A DNA stretch of 64,000 nt, taken from Octopus vulgaris. Taxonomy: Eukaryota. The stretch covers positions 11,594,001 through 11,658,000 of the forward strand of contig CATOCA020000001.1 in the NCBI GenBank assembly GCA_951406725.2. Reading direction: 5' to 3'. Within the stretch, counting starts at the first letter, position 1. The number at the start of each line of letters is the position of its first letter. The translations under genes and the position numbers were made by a program. The notes under the pieces were generated by a model. The model saw nothing but the letters and a program-made list of their open reading frames with translations, did not search any database and was not told where the DNA came from. Of this stretch, positions 21,313 through 34,454 are shown piece by piece.

Positions 21313-22610
21313 TATATAGACACATACAGACACACATATACATGAGGAGGTCGTGCCTACTACATCCTGTTTCATTAGAAGTTTCCTTTTAACTGTTGGT
21401 AGTGTCACATTTTCATCGTCGTTTGAACAAAGCAGACGCTGAATTTTTCTGAGAGAGAAAAACTTCAACCCGAACCAGAACATAATATTCGAATTTGGTA
21501 AATAATTTTCTTTTGATATATATTCGTTTAACACAAATGTTCATCTAATGATACAATATTTTAGGTAGTTAACACTGGTTTTCTAACTCTTGAGTGAAAT
21601 TTAAAATATTGTTTTTTGATAACTTCTTTTTCTCAAAGCTTAGTCAGCGAGAATTTTACTATCCACGCATTTCAACTCATAAAATATAGGTCTACATTAA
21701 TATAGGGATTTCAACTCACAAAATATAGGACTACATTAAATACTTTAAGGCCTCACGTCCAATATCTAATTCCAGAAGACCACCACTTCAGACTGATATT
21801 TTTTTTTAAAACACGTTCATAATAAAAATCAAAATTGACCTTAGGAGGATTTGAAACCAGAATACAAAGAGTTACATTAATACCAATAACAACTCTACTA
21901 ATTTTATCTCTTTCGTCTTTCAATCAATGAAATTTTTTAAATGATTTTATTTCAATTTTAAAATTTGAATAATTATAAACAGTAATATGAATCTACAATG
22001 GAGTGTCTGAAATGTAGCGCAAGGTTAACATATTAGATAATAAAGAATATGGGAAGGTCATGGTTAGAACGCCTTTGGTCAAAGTGTTCCTGGATAAGAA
22101 TTAACTCAAGTTAAACATGCAATTAAGTTTAAAAAGATTATAGTTTTATAGATTACATTTAAGTATTGTATTTGAGAAAAATAATCTATCATAATTTGTT
22201 AAATTTCGAAATATTATTGATGAATTCTGTGGAATTGTCCAGTGAATTGAAAGAGAAATGGAAATAATTATGTAAAAGTGTAGATTGTAGATGAGAAAGA
22301 AAGACAAAATAATAATTGAAGGGTGAGTGTGACGTTTGTAGATGGATATAAATTAACAGACTAAATGGTGGTGGCAGTGGAGAGATTTCAAGCTATATAA
22401 TATGTGAGTTAGATGTTTTAATCATTGAAGCGTGGCCATCCAGGAGCTTTAACTTGGTATGTTCGATGGATCATATGAACCCCAGTATTTCTCCCTAGGT
22501 CTGGCGCATATTTTAAGTGTATCTATTTGTGCAACTGCTATATTCGGAAATGTAGCAGGTTTATCAGGTACTAACACATTTACAGCATGATTCAATGATG
22601 GATTTTCTAA

Positions 22611-22849
22611 ACATACATACATACGTACATACATACATACATACATACATACATACATAAATACATGCATACATGCATACATACATACATACATACATAA
22701 ATATATGCATACATACATACATGCATACATACATACATACATACATACATACATACGTACATACATGCATATATACATACATACATGCATGTATACATAC
22801 ATACATACATACATACATACATACATGCAAACATACACACATACAAACA

Positions 22850-22882
<33 letters not shown>

Positions 22883-23070
22883 GAACACGAACATATATAC
22901 ATACATACATACATACATACATACATACATACATACATACATACATACATACATACATACATACATACATACATACATACATACATACATACATACATAC
23001 AGACATACAAACATACATACATACATACATACATACGTACATACATACATACATACATACATACATACAT
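22611..23070. repeat. (ACAT)n tetranucleotide microsatellite
   Basis: Directly visible. Confidence 0.98.
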
Positions 23071-23390
23071 GAACACGAATATACATACATTTATATTCAC
23101 AGTTGAGCTGGTTTTCTCAAATCATTTTATAAACAATAAAAAATGTGTCCAGGATTTCAAGTATGTTTACAAGAAGAGAATGTTTATATGTTTTTAAAGA
23201 ATCTCAAAAATAGTTGATAAATTTGAAAGAAAGAAAATGTTTTGGATTTTTATATTTCAAGGAAATTCAAAATTTGTGAATCAATTTTTCCTGAAATAGA
23301 AAATATAAACCTTGTCTTCTTCATATACTTTAAATTAATCTATACAATAAATCTCTGCCTTCAGCTAAAAGGTGATATATATATATATAA

Positions 23391-25839
23391 AAGATGGAAA
23401 TTAAGGATTGAAGGATTAAAGGGTTAAATTTCGTAGAGAAAGGATAGGAAAAACGAAGCAGTTATTGTATGAGTACAGACGTTTAACAATAGTAACGAAT
23501 GAGGTACGAAAGATAATGGGATAAAATGTTTTTGCAACTTGCTGCGAATATGAAAGCCGGAAGCCGCTGTTGGAGAAGAAAGGAAGTCTAAAAATTGGGA
23601 ACCGTAAATCGTAATGGCGACTAAGAAGAAGAAGAAGAAGAAAAGAAGAAGACGAATGGCGGAAAAGATGGAAATTAAGGATTGAAGGATTAAAGGGTTA
23701 AATTTCGTAGAGAAAGGATAGGAAAAACGAAGTAGTTATTGTATGAGTACAGACGTTTAACAATAGTAACGAATGAGGTACGAAAGATAATGGGATAAAA
23801 TGTTTTTGCAACTTGCTGCGAATATGAAAGCCGGAAGCCGCTGTTGGAGAAGAAAGGAAGTCTAAAAATTGGGAACCGTAAATCGTAATGGCGACTAAGA
23901 AGAAGAAGAAGAAGAAAAGAAGAAGACGAATGGCGGAAAAGATGGAAATTAAGGATTGAAGGATTAAAGGGTTAAATTTCGTAGAGAAAAGATAGGAAAA
24001 ACGAAGCAGTTATTGTATGAGTACAGACGTTTAACAATAGTAACGAATGAGGTACGAAAGATAATGGGATAAAATGTTTTTGCAACTTGCTGCGAATATG
24101 AAAGCCGGAAGCCGCTGTTGGAGAAGAAAGGAAGTCTAAAAATTGGGAACCGTAAATCGTAATGGCGACTAAGAAGAAGAAGAAGAAGAAAAGAAGAAGA
24201 CGAATGGCGGAAAAGATGGAAATTAAGGATTGAAGGATTAAAGGGTTAAATTTCGTAGAGAAAGGATAGGAAAAACGAAGCAGTTATTGTATGAGTACAG
24301 ACGTTTAACAATAGTAACGAATGAGGTACGAAAGATAATGGGATAAAATGTTTTTGCAACTTGCTGCGAATATGAAAGCCGGAAGCCGCTGTTGGAGAAG
24401 AAAGGAAGTCTAAAAATTGGGAACCGTAAATCGTAATGGCGACTAAGAAGAAGAAGAAGACGAATGGCGGAAAAGATGGAAATTAAGGATTGAAGGATTA
24501 AAGGGTTAAATTTCGTAGAGAAAAGATAGGAAAAACGAAGCAGTTATTGTATGAGTACAGACGTTTAACAATAGTAATGAATGAGGTACGAAAGATAATG
24601 GGATAAAATGTTTTTGCAACTTGCTGCGAATATGAAAGCCGGAAGCCGCTGTTGGAGAAGAAAGGAAGTCTAAAAATTGGGAACCGTAAATCGTAATGGC
24701 GACTAAGAAGAAGAAGAAGAAGAAAAGAAGAAGACGAATGGCGGAAAAGATGGAAATTAAGGATTGAAGGATTAAAGGGTTAAATTTCGTAGAGAAAAGA
24801 TAGGAAAAACGAAGCAGTTATTGTATGAGTACAGACGTTTAACAATAGTAACGAATGAGGTACGAAAGATAATGGGATAAAATGTTTTTGCAACTTGCTG
24901 CGAATATGAAAGCCGGAAGCCGCTGTTGGAGAAGAAAGGAAGTCTAAAAATTGGGAACCGTAAATCTTAATGGCGACTAAGAAGAAGAAGAAGAAGAAAA
25001 GAAGAAGACGAATGGCGGAAAAGATGGAAATTAAGGATTGAAGGATTAAAGGGTTAAATTTCGTAGAGAAAAGATAGGAAAAACGAAGCAGTTATTGTAT
25101 GAGTACAGACGTTTAACAATAGTAACGAATGAGGTACGAAAGATAATGGGATAAAATGTTTTTGCAACTTGCTGCGAATATGAAAGCCGGAAGCCGCTGT
25201 TGGAGAAGAAAGGAAGTCTAAAAATTGGGAACCGTAAATCGTAATGGCGACTAAGAAGAAGAAAAGAAGAAGACGAATGGCGGAAAAGATGGAAATTAAG
25301 GATTGAAGGATTAAAGGGTTAAATTTCGTAGAGAAAAGATAGGAAAAACGAAGCAGTTATTGTATGAGTACAGACGTTTAACAATAGTAACGAATGAGGT
25401 ACGAAAGATAATGGGATAAAATGTTTTTGCAACTTGCTGCGAATATGAAAGCCGGAAGCCGCTGTTGGAGAAGAAAGGAAGTCTAAAAATTGGGAACCGT
25501 AAATCGTAATGGCGACTAAGAAGAAGAAGAAGAAGAAAAGAAGAAGACGAATGGCGGAAAAGATGGAAATTAAGGATTGAAGGATTAAAGGAAGTTAAAT
25601 TTCGTAGAGAAAGGATAGGAAAAATAAATTTCGTAGAGAAAGGATAGGAAAAACAAAGTAGTTATTGTATGAGTACAGACGTTTAACAATAGTAACGAAT
25701 GAGGTACGAAAGATAATGGGATAAAATGTTTTTGCAACTTGCTGCGAATATGAAAGCCGGAAGCCGCTGTTGGAGAAGAAAGGAAGTCTAAAAATTGGGA
25801 ACCGTAAATCGTAATGGCAACTAAGAAGAAGAAGAAGAA
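23391..25839. repeat. Tandem satellite, about 274-bp unit, 9 copies
   Basis: Units start at 23391, 23665, 23939, 24213, 24473, 24747, 25021, 25286, 25560; length variation lies mainly in the (GAA)n tract; the last unit has an internal duplication; flanked by (TA)n. Confidence 0.97.
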
Positions 25840-25898
25840 ATATATATATAGATATAGATATAGATATATATATACATATATATATATATGTATATATA

Positions 25899-25939
<41 letters not shown>

Positions 25940-25999
25940 GGGCATGTAAGGAAAATATAAGGTAGAGAATTCTAAAATAATTTTCAGTCTTTGAGACTG

Positions 26000-26283
26000 T
26001 AGGCGTAGGAGTGGCTGAGTGGTAAGTAGCTTTCTTACCAACCACCTGGTTCCGAGATCAGTCCCACTGTGTGGCAGCTTGGGCAAGTGTTTTCTCGGGC
26101 CAAACATGTACATATTTACGACGGGGCTTCCTTCAGTTTCCGTCTACGAGATCCACTCACAAGGCTTCGGTTTCCCGAGGCTATAGCAGAACTCACTCGC
26201 TCAAGGTGCCACGCAGTGGGACTGAACACGGAACCATGTGCTTGGTACGCATGCTACTTAACACATACCCCAACCCCGCCTAT
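26000..26283. mobile_element. Two family A SINE heads in inverted orientation (26000-26092 on +, 26116-26283 on -)
   Basis: taggcgtaggagtggctgagtggtaagtagc...cttgggcaagtg, followed by the reverse-complement head caaggtgccacgcagtgggactgaac...cgcctat. Confidence 0.8.
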
Positions 26284-26587
26284 ATTTCGAGAGTTATCTC
26301 CGCTTACTTGCCATCGAACTTAAATCCGGCAACAGAAAATTTGAAATTAATTGGGACACCGGATACGTTGCTACCATTTAAAACTAAACTGAGGTAAGGC
26401 ATTTTAAATACCTTTGGGGTCATTTAACGCTTGAATGAACATCCTTTCATTTTAAACTCTGTCTGTGTGTCTATAAATTAATGATACGATATTAATTATC
26501 GTAAAAGTGTAAAAGTGCGTGATCCAATTATGAGATCAGGAAGTTAATGTTTTTGTTTTTCGTTATGAAACTTACAAGGGCGTGGCC

Positions 26588-26865
26588 GCTTTGTGGGGGA
26601 CAGAGATGGAGGTAACACAGAGTAGGATCTCTGTTAAGTCAGACTGAAATGGTAGGGTTTTGTGTATATGTTTTAACAAGGGTGGATTCTCCGCTGTGGA
26701 AAGTGGATACCATTTACTTAAGAAGAGTGGTCCTGGTGCGCGCCCTCGTTTACTCGCGCATCCTCGCTAGATAGTCGTGACTAGTCGATCCTACAACGAC
26801 TTCCTAGCAAAGTAAATGAAGCACAAAAACACAAAGTAAGGATCGACAAGTCCCGACTAACTAGT
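26588..26865. repeat. Duplicated block B, copy 1 (copy 2 at 28574-28850)
   Basis: gctttgtgggggacagagatggagg...aaggatcgac near-identical in both copies. Confidence 0.92.
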
Positions 26866-27036
26866 CATCTATCCTTAGTGTCCTCATTGACCACCAGATA
26901 AGGGATCGGGGGACCCTGTCGAAAGCTTTCTCCATGTCAACAAAAGCCACGTACAGGGGTTTATCTTTGGCTAGGTATTTCTCCTATAGCTGCCTTACCA
27001 GGAATATAGCTTCAGTGGTACTTTCCCTGGCACGAA
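26865..27036 (-). mobile_element. Internal RTE-clade RT fragment
   Basis: [46 protein letters not shown] matches RTE RT domains 2-3. Confidence 0.85.
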
Positions 27037-27055
27037 AATATATACATATACATAA

Positions 27056-27093
<38 letters not shown>

Positions 27094-27106
27094 CTATATA
27101 CATATG

Positions 27107-27140
<34 letters not shown>

Positions 27141-27159
27141 TACACGTATATATTATACG

Positions 27160-27199
<40 letters not shown>

Positions 27200-27203
<4 letters not shown>

Positions 27204-28003
27204 ATCTAGGTTAGTTGAAATATGTTTCTGATATATTTCCACTGCTGAACGACAAGGTGAAAAGGTATTAAAACAACATATGTGTCCAGTGCTTCCATCT
27301 CAACAGCGAAATTGCTAGAAACATCAACGTCTGTGATCCTGGCACTGGACAGAAATGTTTTTTTTATATACTTTTAGGTGAAGAGAGAATTCTCACCACG
27401 TTGTAACTGCTGTAAATTTGCCTTTTAACAATTGAAATATATATTAATTAGAATAAAATTTGCATAATACTGGAAAATTTTTAATGAACGGGCAATATTA
27501 ATATTAATTAATAATTCATGTAATGACACAATGATGTTGATGATAGTGATGACAACTATAATGGTAGTGACGGGGGTGGGGTGGATGTATTCAGTTTTAT
27601 ACTGAAAAATATAAAAATACTTGAAAACAATTGTTTAGAAAAACAAAACACTTCAGATTGCCAGAATTTGTCGATGGAATAGTTATCAGCATCAACCAGT
27701 TGGTCAAATTTGGAATGTCAGCACTTAAGAGGGAAAAACAAAATGCGAAACTGCTATCAAACGGATGCCATCTGCACTGAGTATTAGAAACACACAGACA
27801 CACACACACACACACAGATATGTTGTGTTTGCCTGTAAACTCAAGTGGTTGTTAAGCAAAGGATGGGTGGACAAATTTTGTATCACAGAAATACAATGTT
27901 ATTTATTTAACAAAAAACGAACCAATATTTTAGCACACACTAACTCATGTCTATCTATCTATCTATGTATCTATCTATCAATCTCTCTCTCTATATATAT
28001 ATG

Positions 28004-28057
<54 letters not shown>

Positions 28058-28137
28058 TACATGCATGTGTGTATATCATTCTACATATCGATATTTCAAA
28101 ATGCATATATATATACATGTAAATATATATATATAGA

Positions 28138-28183
<46 letters not shown>

Positions 28184-28200
28184 CACGTTCAACAACGTTC

Positions 28201-28240
<40 letters not shown>

Positions 28241-28573
28241 CTATTCTATTTTCTCACTTGACCGCTGGTGCCAGAAAATTTTTCTTGAATTTTATGTTAC
28301 CCTTATATTGATTGATTAATATATATATATATATATATATATGCATTTTGAAATATCGATATATAGAATGATATACACATATGCATAAAACTATATATGC
28401 ATTATGCATATACGGGATTGTCAAGCTGCTATTTCTGTTTGGTTAGTAATTAAAGAGATAATTTCTGTTTGGATGTAATTAAAGAGATAATTACAATGTT
28501 TGTGCTGAAAGAGAATCCTGTATTTGCCATAATTAGTCATCTTCATAATTAAGGTGGCGGGCTGACAGAATAC
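27200..28573. repeat. Block A copy 2, followed by remnants of palindrome P (inverted piece 28061-28130; arm 28343-28573)
   Basis: Direct matches to 15468-16330 and 16755-16985. Confidence 0.9.
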
Positions 28574-28721
28574 GCTTTGTGGGGGACAGAGATGGAGGTA
28601 ACACAGAGTAGGATCTCTGTTAAGTCAGACTGAAATGGTAGGGTTTTGTGTATATGTTTTAACAAGGGTGGATTCTCCGCTGTGGAAAGTGGATACCATT
28701 TACTTAAGAAGAGTGGTCCTG

Positions 28722-28881
28722 GTGCGCGCCCTCGTTTACTCGCGCATCCTCGCTAGATAGTCGTAACTAGTCGATCCTACAACGACTTCCTAGCAAAGTA
28801 AATGAAACACAAAAATACAAAGTAAGGATCGACTAGTCACGACTAGCTTCCTCGGATGCGCTTGTACACGATTGCGCGCAC
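28722..28881. repeat. CpG-rich imperfect foldback (MITE-like hairpin) in block B
   Basis: gtgcgcgc..gcgcatcc..tagtcgtaactagtcgatcct pairs with aggatcgactagtcacgacta..ggatgcgc..gcgcgcac. Confidence 0.75.
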
Positions 28882-28933
28882 TCGTCTTAGGTTGTACCCT
28901 GTAAATTAATGTGTGTCTATAAATTAAAACTTA

Positions 28934-28995
<62 letters not shown>

Positions 28996-29444
28996 GTGAT
29001 AAAGTCGAGTTTCATGTATTTATTATCTGTAACTGTAACTCCCTCCCACTCCTTTTGCTGTTTTAGCTTTCTTTCTGACCTGTCCATAAATTATCTTTAC
29101 AACTTCCACACTTCCGAACTTCAAATTGTAAACCCAGTGTTTATTTCAATGCCTCCGATTCCTCCCTCTCTTATTCTTCTCTTAGCCTATGTTATTAAGT
29201 CTGCTATGCATATATATGTGTATGTATGTGTGTGTATAATATATACGAGCATTCCCCAGGCCTTTGTCTCCGTGTGTAGTGTACACAAATGTATTCATAA
29301 AACATCTTTCGTAATGCTTATGTATTAAGATCTTTATTAAAGGTTACAAGTCGATACTCTTCACAAGAAATAGTTTTAAATTCCAACCTTAAGTACACAC
29401 ACTCATATAGACACACACACTTATATATATATATATACACACAC

Positions 29445-29505
<61 letters not shown>

Positions 29506-30438
29506 CATATATATATACGTATATATACATACATATATATATATGTACATATATATATACACATATATAATTATGTAGTCACATGATCGATTATACTGCA
29601 TGATGTTACACATCACTTGTCACAATGTGCTTTGCATCGTTTTACGTTTTGAATGATGCCACTCCACTGGTTAGGAAAGCAGGCGAACATTCGGAAATCT
29701 TGGGAAAGGAAGGGCATTGCAAGAATCAAACCCACGATCTAGCTATTGTGAGGGTAACACCCGAATCACTATGCCATACAGCTACTCACACATGCGCACG
29801 AGTATGCACATACATAGACTTATATATGTACGTATATGTATATAAAGCAATCATTTTACACCTTTTCTCCATACTACCATGGGTTGTATGAGTATATTAT
29901 TGATCCATTCTTTTTGGATCTGGATCCCCTTCATGTTATTAACCCTTACCAGTTGTTCAAGGGATCACTTATTCCAATGGTTTGTCTATTAATAGGGAAA
30001 ATGATAATCTAATCGTTCATAGCTGAGCAATTTTCAGTAAAAGCAAATGGAAACATACACACACACACTCAAGCAGGTGTGTGCATATATATATGCATAC
30101 GTACACTCACACAAACACACAGACATTTCATTTTGGCAGTTTTTTCACTGGTCCTCAGATTTTGTCCAGTGGTGTACGATGGGCTTCTCTCAGATTATCT
30201 CTATTTAATCCACTCAGAAGCCTTGATCAGCCATGGGATTTAGAAGAAGTTTCTTGCCCAAGGTGTCATACAGTGGGACAAAACTGGTGGTTGGCGTTTG
30301 GAAGGGCATCCAGCAGTAAAATCCTTAAATAGACAGTAGCCCAGGGTAGTTTTTTTCACCTGGCCTGCTCCTGTGTCACCCATCTTACTCATGAATGGTT
30401 GAATAGTGGACGTTAAGTGATGATGGCAATGATATATG

Positions 30439-30485
<47 letters not shown>

Positions 30486-31057
30486 GGAAATTTATTAAAT
30501 AATTATGAAATAGTCATAAAGATATTTTCAAAAATCTATAAAGTAAGCACTTGTTAATAGTGTCTGATTCCATCTCATCTACTTTGCTAGTGTTTTGACA
30601 AAGATCAATACAGGAGGTTTTATTGAACAAACTCTGTTTCATTGATTCTTTTACTATATTTCGTATATTTACCTTTCTTTGGAGAATCAGTTTGTCTTTG
30701 ATATAAAGTGCCCTCCACCGTAGCTGGGGTATGATCCACAGATTTATAGCTCAACATGTACGCTGCCTCTACGTAGCTGATCAACAGACTGTACATTCCA
30801 ATATTGAGGGTTTAATTGTAACCAGTCAATCTGTAATCTAACCTAGAGACACAACACAATGACTGTTGTTAGGTTTATTAGTGTCAAGAAGAACATTCCG
30901 CTATGAATAATACTTTAGATAAACTGAAGTTTACAATGTCAATGTTATCTCATGCAAGATTTTAGAACCATTAATTTCTGTTTATTGTTGTTTACCTCAT
31001 TTTATATGTTTTTAAAAACTGTTTTAATCTTTTTTTGTCATCTTTTATTCAGAAGAC

Positions 31058-31135
31058 ATGGCCTCAATCCATAATATGATTTATAATAATGATGTGGAAG
31101 GATTGAAAATATTAATTGAGGAGAACCCAGGCGAA
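31058..31135 (+). CDS. Ankyrin-repeat/RING (Mind bomb-like) gene, coding exon 1: MASIHNMIYNNDVEGLKILIEENPGE
   Basis: Acceptor ttttattcag (31052), ATG at 31058, donor gtaagt, phase 0; joins exon 2 to complete an ankyrin repeat. Confidence 0.75.
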
Positions 31136-31300
31136 GTAAGTTGTTCTGTTTATTGCTTTCTCAAATTTGCCTATTTCTTTATTATTTTATACACAATTTG
31201 AAAACTTCAAAGTAACTGCATATATTTCTCCATAATATTTCATTTCTTTCTCCATCTCTTTCCTCTAATCGCCATTAATATTATAATAAAAGTATTGACC

Positions 31301-31517
31301 AAGGCAGTGAGATGGCAGAAGCGTTAGCACGCCAGGTGAAATGTTTAGCAGTATTTCGTCTGTGTTTACGTTCTGAGATCAAATTCCGCCGAGGTCGACT
31401 TTTCTTGTCATCCTTCCTAGGTCGATATATTAAGTACTAGTTGCCTACTGCGGTCGGTCTAATCGACTGGCCCCCTCCAAATGTCAGGCCTTGTGCCTTG
31501 AGTAGAAAAGAATATTA
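31301..31517 (+). mobile_element. Family B SINE
   Basis: aaggcagtgagatggcagaagcgttagcacgcc...ttctgagatcaaattccgccgaggtcgac; similar copy at 52500-52712. Confidence 0.8.
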
Positions 31518-32879
31518 TTCTTGACCGAATTTTGAGCATGGCAAAGTAGATGGAATGTGAATGAGAGAGAAACCCATCATCACACACTGCAAGGGAGTAT
31601 TCTGATATGAAATTTTCAGATGAGATGAGAGACAAATGGAGTCCGAAGATGGATGGTGACTTTTTAAAGAAATCCTCTTGCCATACACAGACGAAGGTTT
31701 TACTGATGTCAAGGGCTACACCATTTTATGCAGATTTTGTCAAACATGAAAACACTGGTGTGTCACACAAGTACCAAGCCCCTCTTGATCTGGCTTTATA
31801 AGACTGTACTGGTGTTCATTGAATAATGAAAGATACCTAAAGGGACAAATATGATGGTTGTTTGTGACCTTTTACTTCATAATTGAAACATTGGAAGTTA
31901 GAATGACTGGATGGTAGTCACTCGATAAGAGATTGTCTGCAGGAATATTGAGCAGGATATCCCAGTGAGGTCAGTACTACCCATGCGTGGGGGCGCTGTG
32001 GGAAAATTGCATATGCGGTTATGTATATATGAAACACAAAGAATGTGTACCCGAGTTTACCTGAAGCTGTGTATCAATGGTTGGATTAGTAAAGAAAACT
32101 AAGTGGTGAAGCATCAAGTATTCACTTATTCTGGTGAAGGTTCTGTGGTAAGTGGTCACCCATGTCAAGACTAGGATCGATAGGGAAATTTATCTGATCT
32201 GGTATTAATTAAAACGACATTAATTATGTGTTATATAGAGTCGTAGCAAAGAAAGGGACATTGGGAAATCCTTGGTAAATGAAAAGAAACCATATTTAAA
32301 AGGTTTGAGAATCCCTGGTATAGGACCATCATGGTTAGGAAGCAGTTGGTAGGATGATTCTGTTAAATTTATAGAGATTCTGTTGGTAGGGGACCAGAAA
32401 TCTTGGTTTTAAATTAGGAGTGAAGAGAGCTGACAGATGGTGAAATGCAGAAAGAAGCATCCTTTATTTTCTTGATGACCAACATACCTGTAATTCAATG
32501 GTGGGTGTATGTCTGCCACTTTGTGATGGTAGGTGTTTTCCTCCAGATGATGTTGATATTGTTGTCTAAACAGATGTATTACAGTTGTGTATGAACAACT
32601 CACACCTTTTAACATTTTGTATGGCTACAAAGTACTAACGAAGCACTTAATTTAAAATGAAGCACTGCCTTATTTATGTTTTTATTCCCCCATCGTTTCC
32701 TTTCATTTGTATCCACTTTTTCACATTTTGAACATATTCAACAGAAGTTGGTGTCATCCAGAAGTCCCCACAGGGATCTAGTCTCAAATAATTACTTTAT
32801 ATTAGATACAGTGACAAACATAAAGTGGTTTTCTTTCTCTTCATTGAGCTTATGCATGAATTGAACCATCTTGCTATGC

Positions 32880-34170
32880 ATTTCGAGGAGCATGGTTATC
32901 AGGGAGGGCAGTAAGGTAACCACCAAAATCAGACTCCAAGTGCAAGGAGCATTCCATCAATAGAGATAAATCCTAGTAAATGCCTTGAAAAGATGTTTGA
33001 CAAGTCGCTGTCAGAGAGAAGCAATGTCACCAAAATTGTAAAGCAAGCAGAGGAGTGGCGGATGAGGATTGATAAATCAGGGCTTCCAGGAAAGTTCAGG
33101 GCATGGCTCTACCAACACAGAATGCTCCCAAGACTCATATGGTTGCCGACGCTGTATGACGTTCCAAGTGTGGAAAGGGTGGAGAGAAAGATAACTAAAT
33201 ACCTCTGAAGATTGCTTGGAGTTTCCCAAGCTTCACTTCAGTAGGCCTGTCCATAAGTTCTGGAAGGCTAAAACTTCCCCTGTCGTATTTAATGGAGGAA
33301 TTTAAAGTAGCAAAATGTAACATAATGATGTACAGAGTCTCTAAGGACGAGCTTGTCAGACATGCAGGTATTACCACAAGGTGTGGGTAACTAGCACTGC
33401 TGTCGCTCAGGCTGAAGGCATGCTGGAGCTACGCGCCATAATTGGAGCTACATGTTGGTGTCGCCAGGGATTTGGCTCTTTCTATTTCCAAAAATGGAAG
33501 AAAGCAGACACCAGGGAGAGGCGGGCTATGACCGAGACAGCGGTGCGGTACCAGGAGGAAGATAAAAGGAAATCAAGAGCTGTGGAGTTGATATCTCTGA
33601 GTGCATGGACTAAATGGGATCTCCCTGAGAGAAAGCTCACATGGAGTGACCTGTGGAGGCTGGAACCTTTGCAGATCTCCTTCCTTCATGGAGCTGTGTA
33701 TGACACACTCCCGATGCCAACAAACCTACACAGATAATGTTTGAGGGAAGACCAGCTGTGTAGACTTTGTAGGAAAGGGGTTCTCTGGCACACATCTTGG
33801 CAGGGTGCAGAATAACACTTTCTCAGGGCAGATACAAATACTTGCTCACACCCTGGAGCAGTAAAGGTGTGAGAAACATCATCACCAAGGGAAGATAACT
33901 GCCGCAATTAAGTTCGTGAAAGAGGGACAGAAACCAGTAAAGCCAGCAAAAGCAATACACAGCTTGCTGCAAGGGTCTCAACCATGGTATATGAAGGTAG
34001 ACTTAGGGAAAAGATTGCAGTTTCCCCAGGTTATCCATACAACACTGAGGACTGATGTGGTTCTGTGGCCTGAAAAGGCCCAGAAAATTATCATAATTCA
34101 ACGAACAGTCACGTGGGGAGCGGGTTATAACAAGGCCCATGAACGGAAGTGTGACAGATATAAGAGCTTT
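32880..34170 (+). mobile_element. Degenerate Hero/R2-group non-LTR retrotransposon, 3' half (RT thumb, CCHC, restriction-like endonuclease)
   Basis: IDKSGLPGKFRAWLYQHRMLPRLIW, AWTKWDLPERKLTWSDLW, AVYDTLP.PTNLH, CRLC, TTLRTDVVLWPEKAQKIIII..TVTW....KAHERK; several stops and frameshifts. Confidence 0.8.
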
Positions 34171-34454
34171 CTGCAGGCTCCATTCGCTTTGGTGAATAGA
34201 TAAAACACATCCTTACTGGTGTTATTAACTCGTATATATATGTGTGTGTGTATGTATGCTTGTGTATCTATGCTAGAGTGTGTCCCTAACTGGTAATTGA
34301 TAAGCCGTGTTGGTGTATTTGCATCCCTGTTACTTAGCCCTGAAGCAAAAGAGAGCTATAGGTTGGTGCTAAATAAACAGGAAAGGTACCACACATAAAA
34401 GACAAAACCGAGGAGGAATCCCAGCATGGCCGCACTCTCATGACTGAAACAAGT

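Noticed and set aside
23391-25839. Regularly spaced repeats suggestive of a CRISPR or retrozyme array
   Set aside because: Whole units are repeated with no unique spacers; eukaryotic context; no CUGANGA core on either strand of the unit
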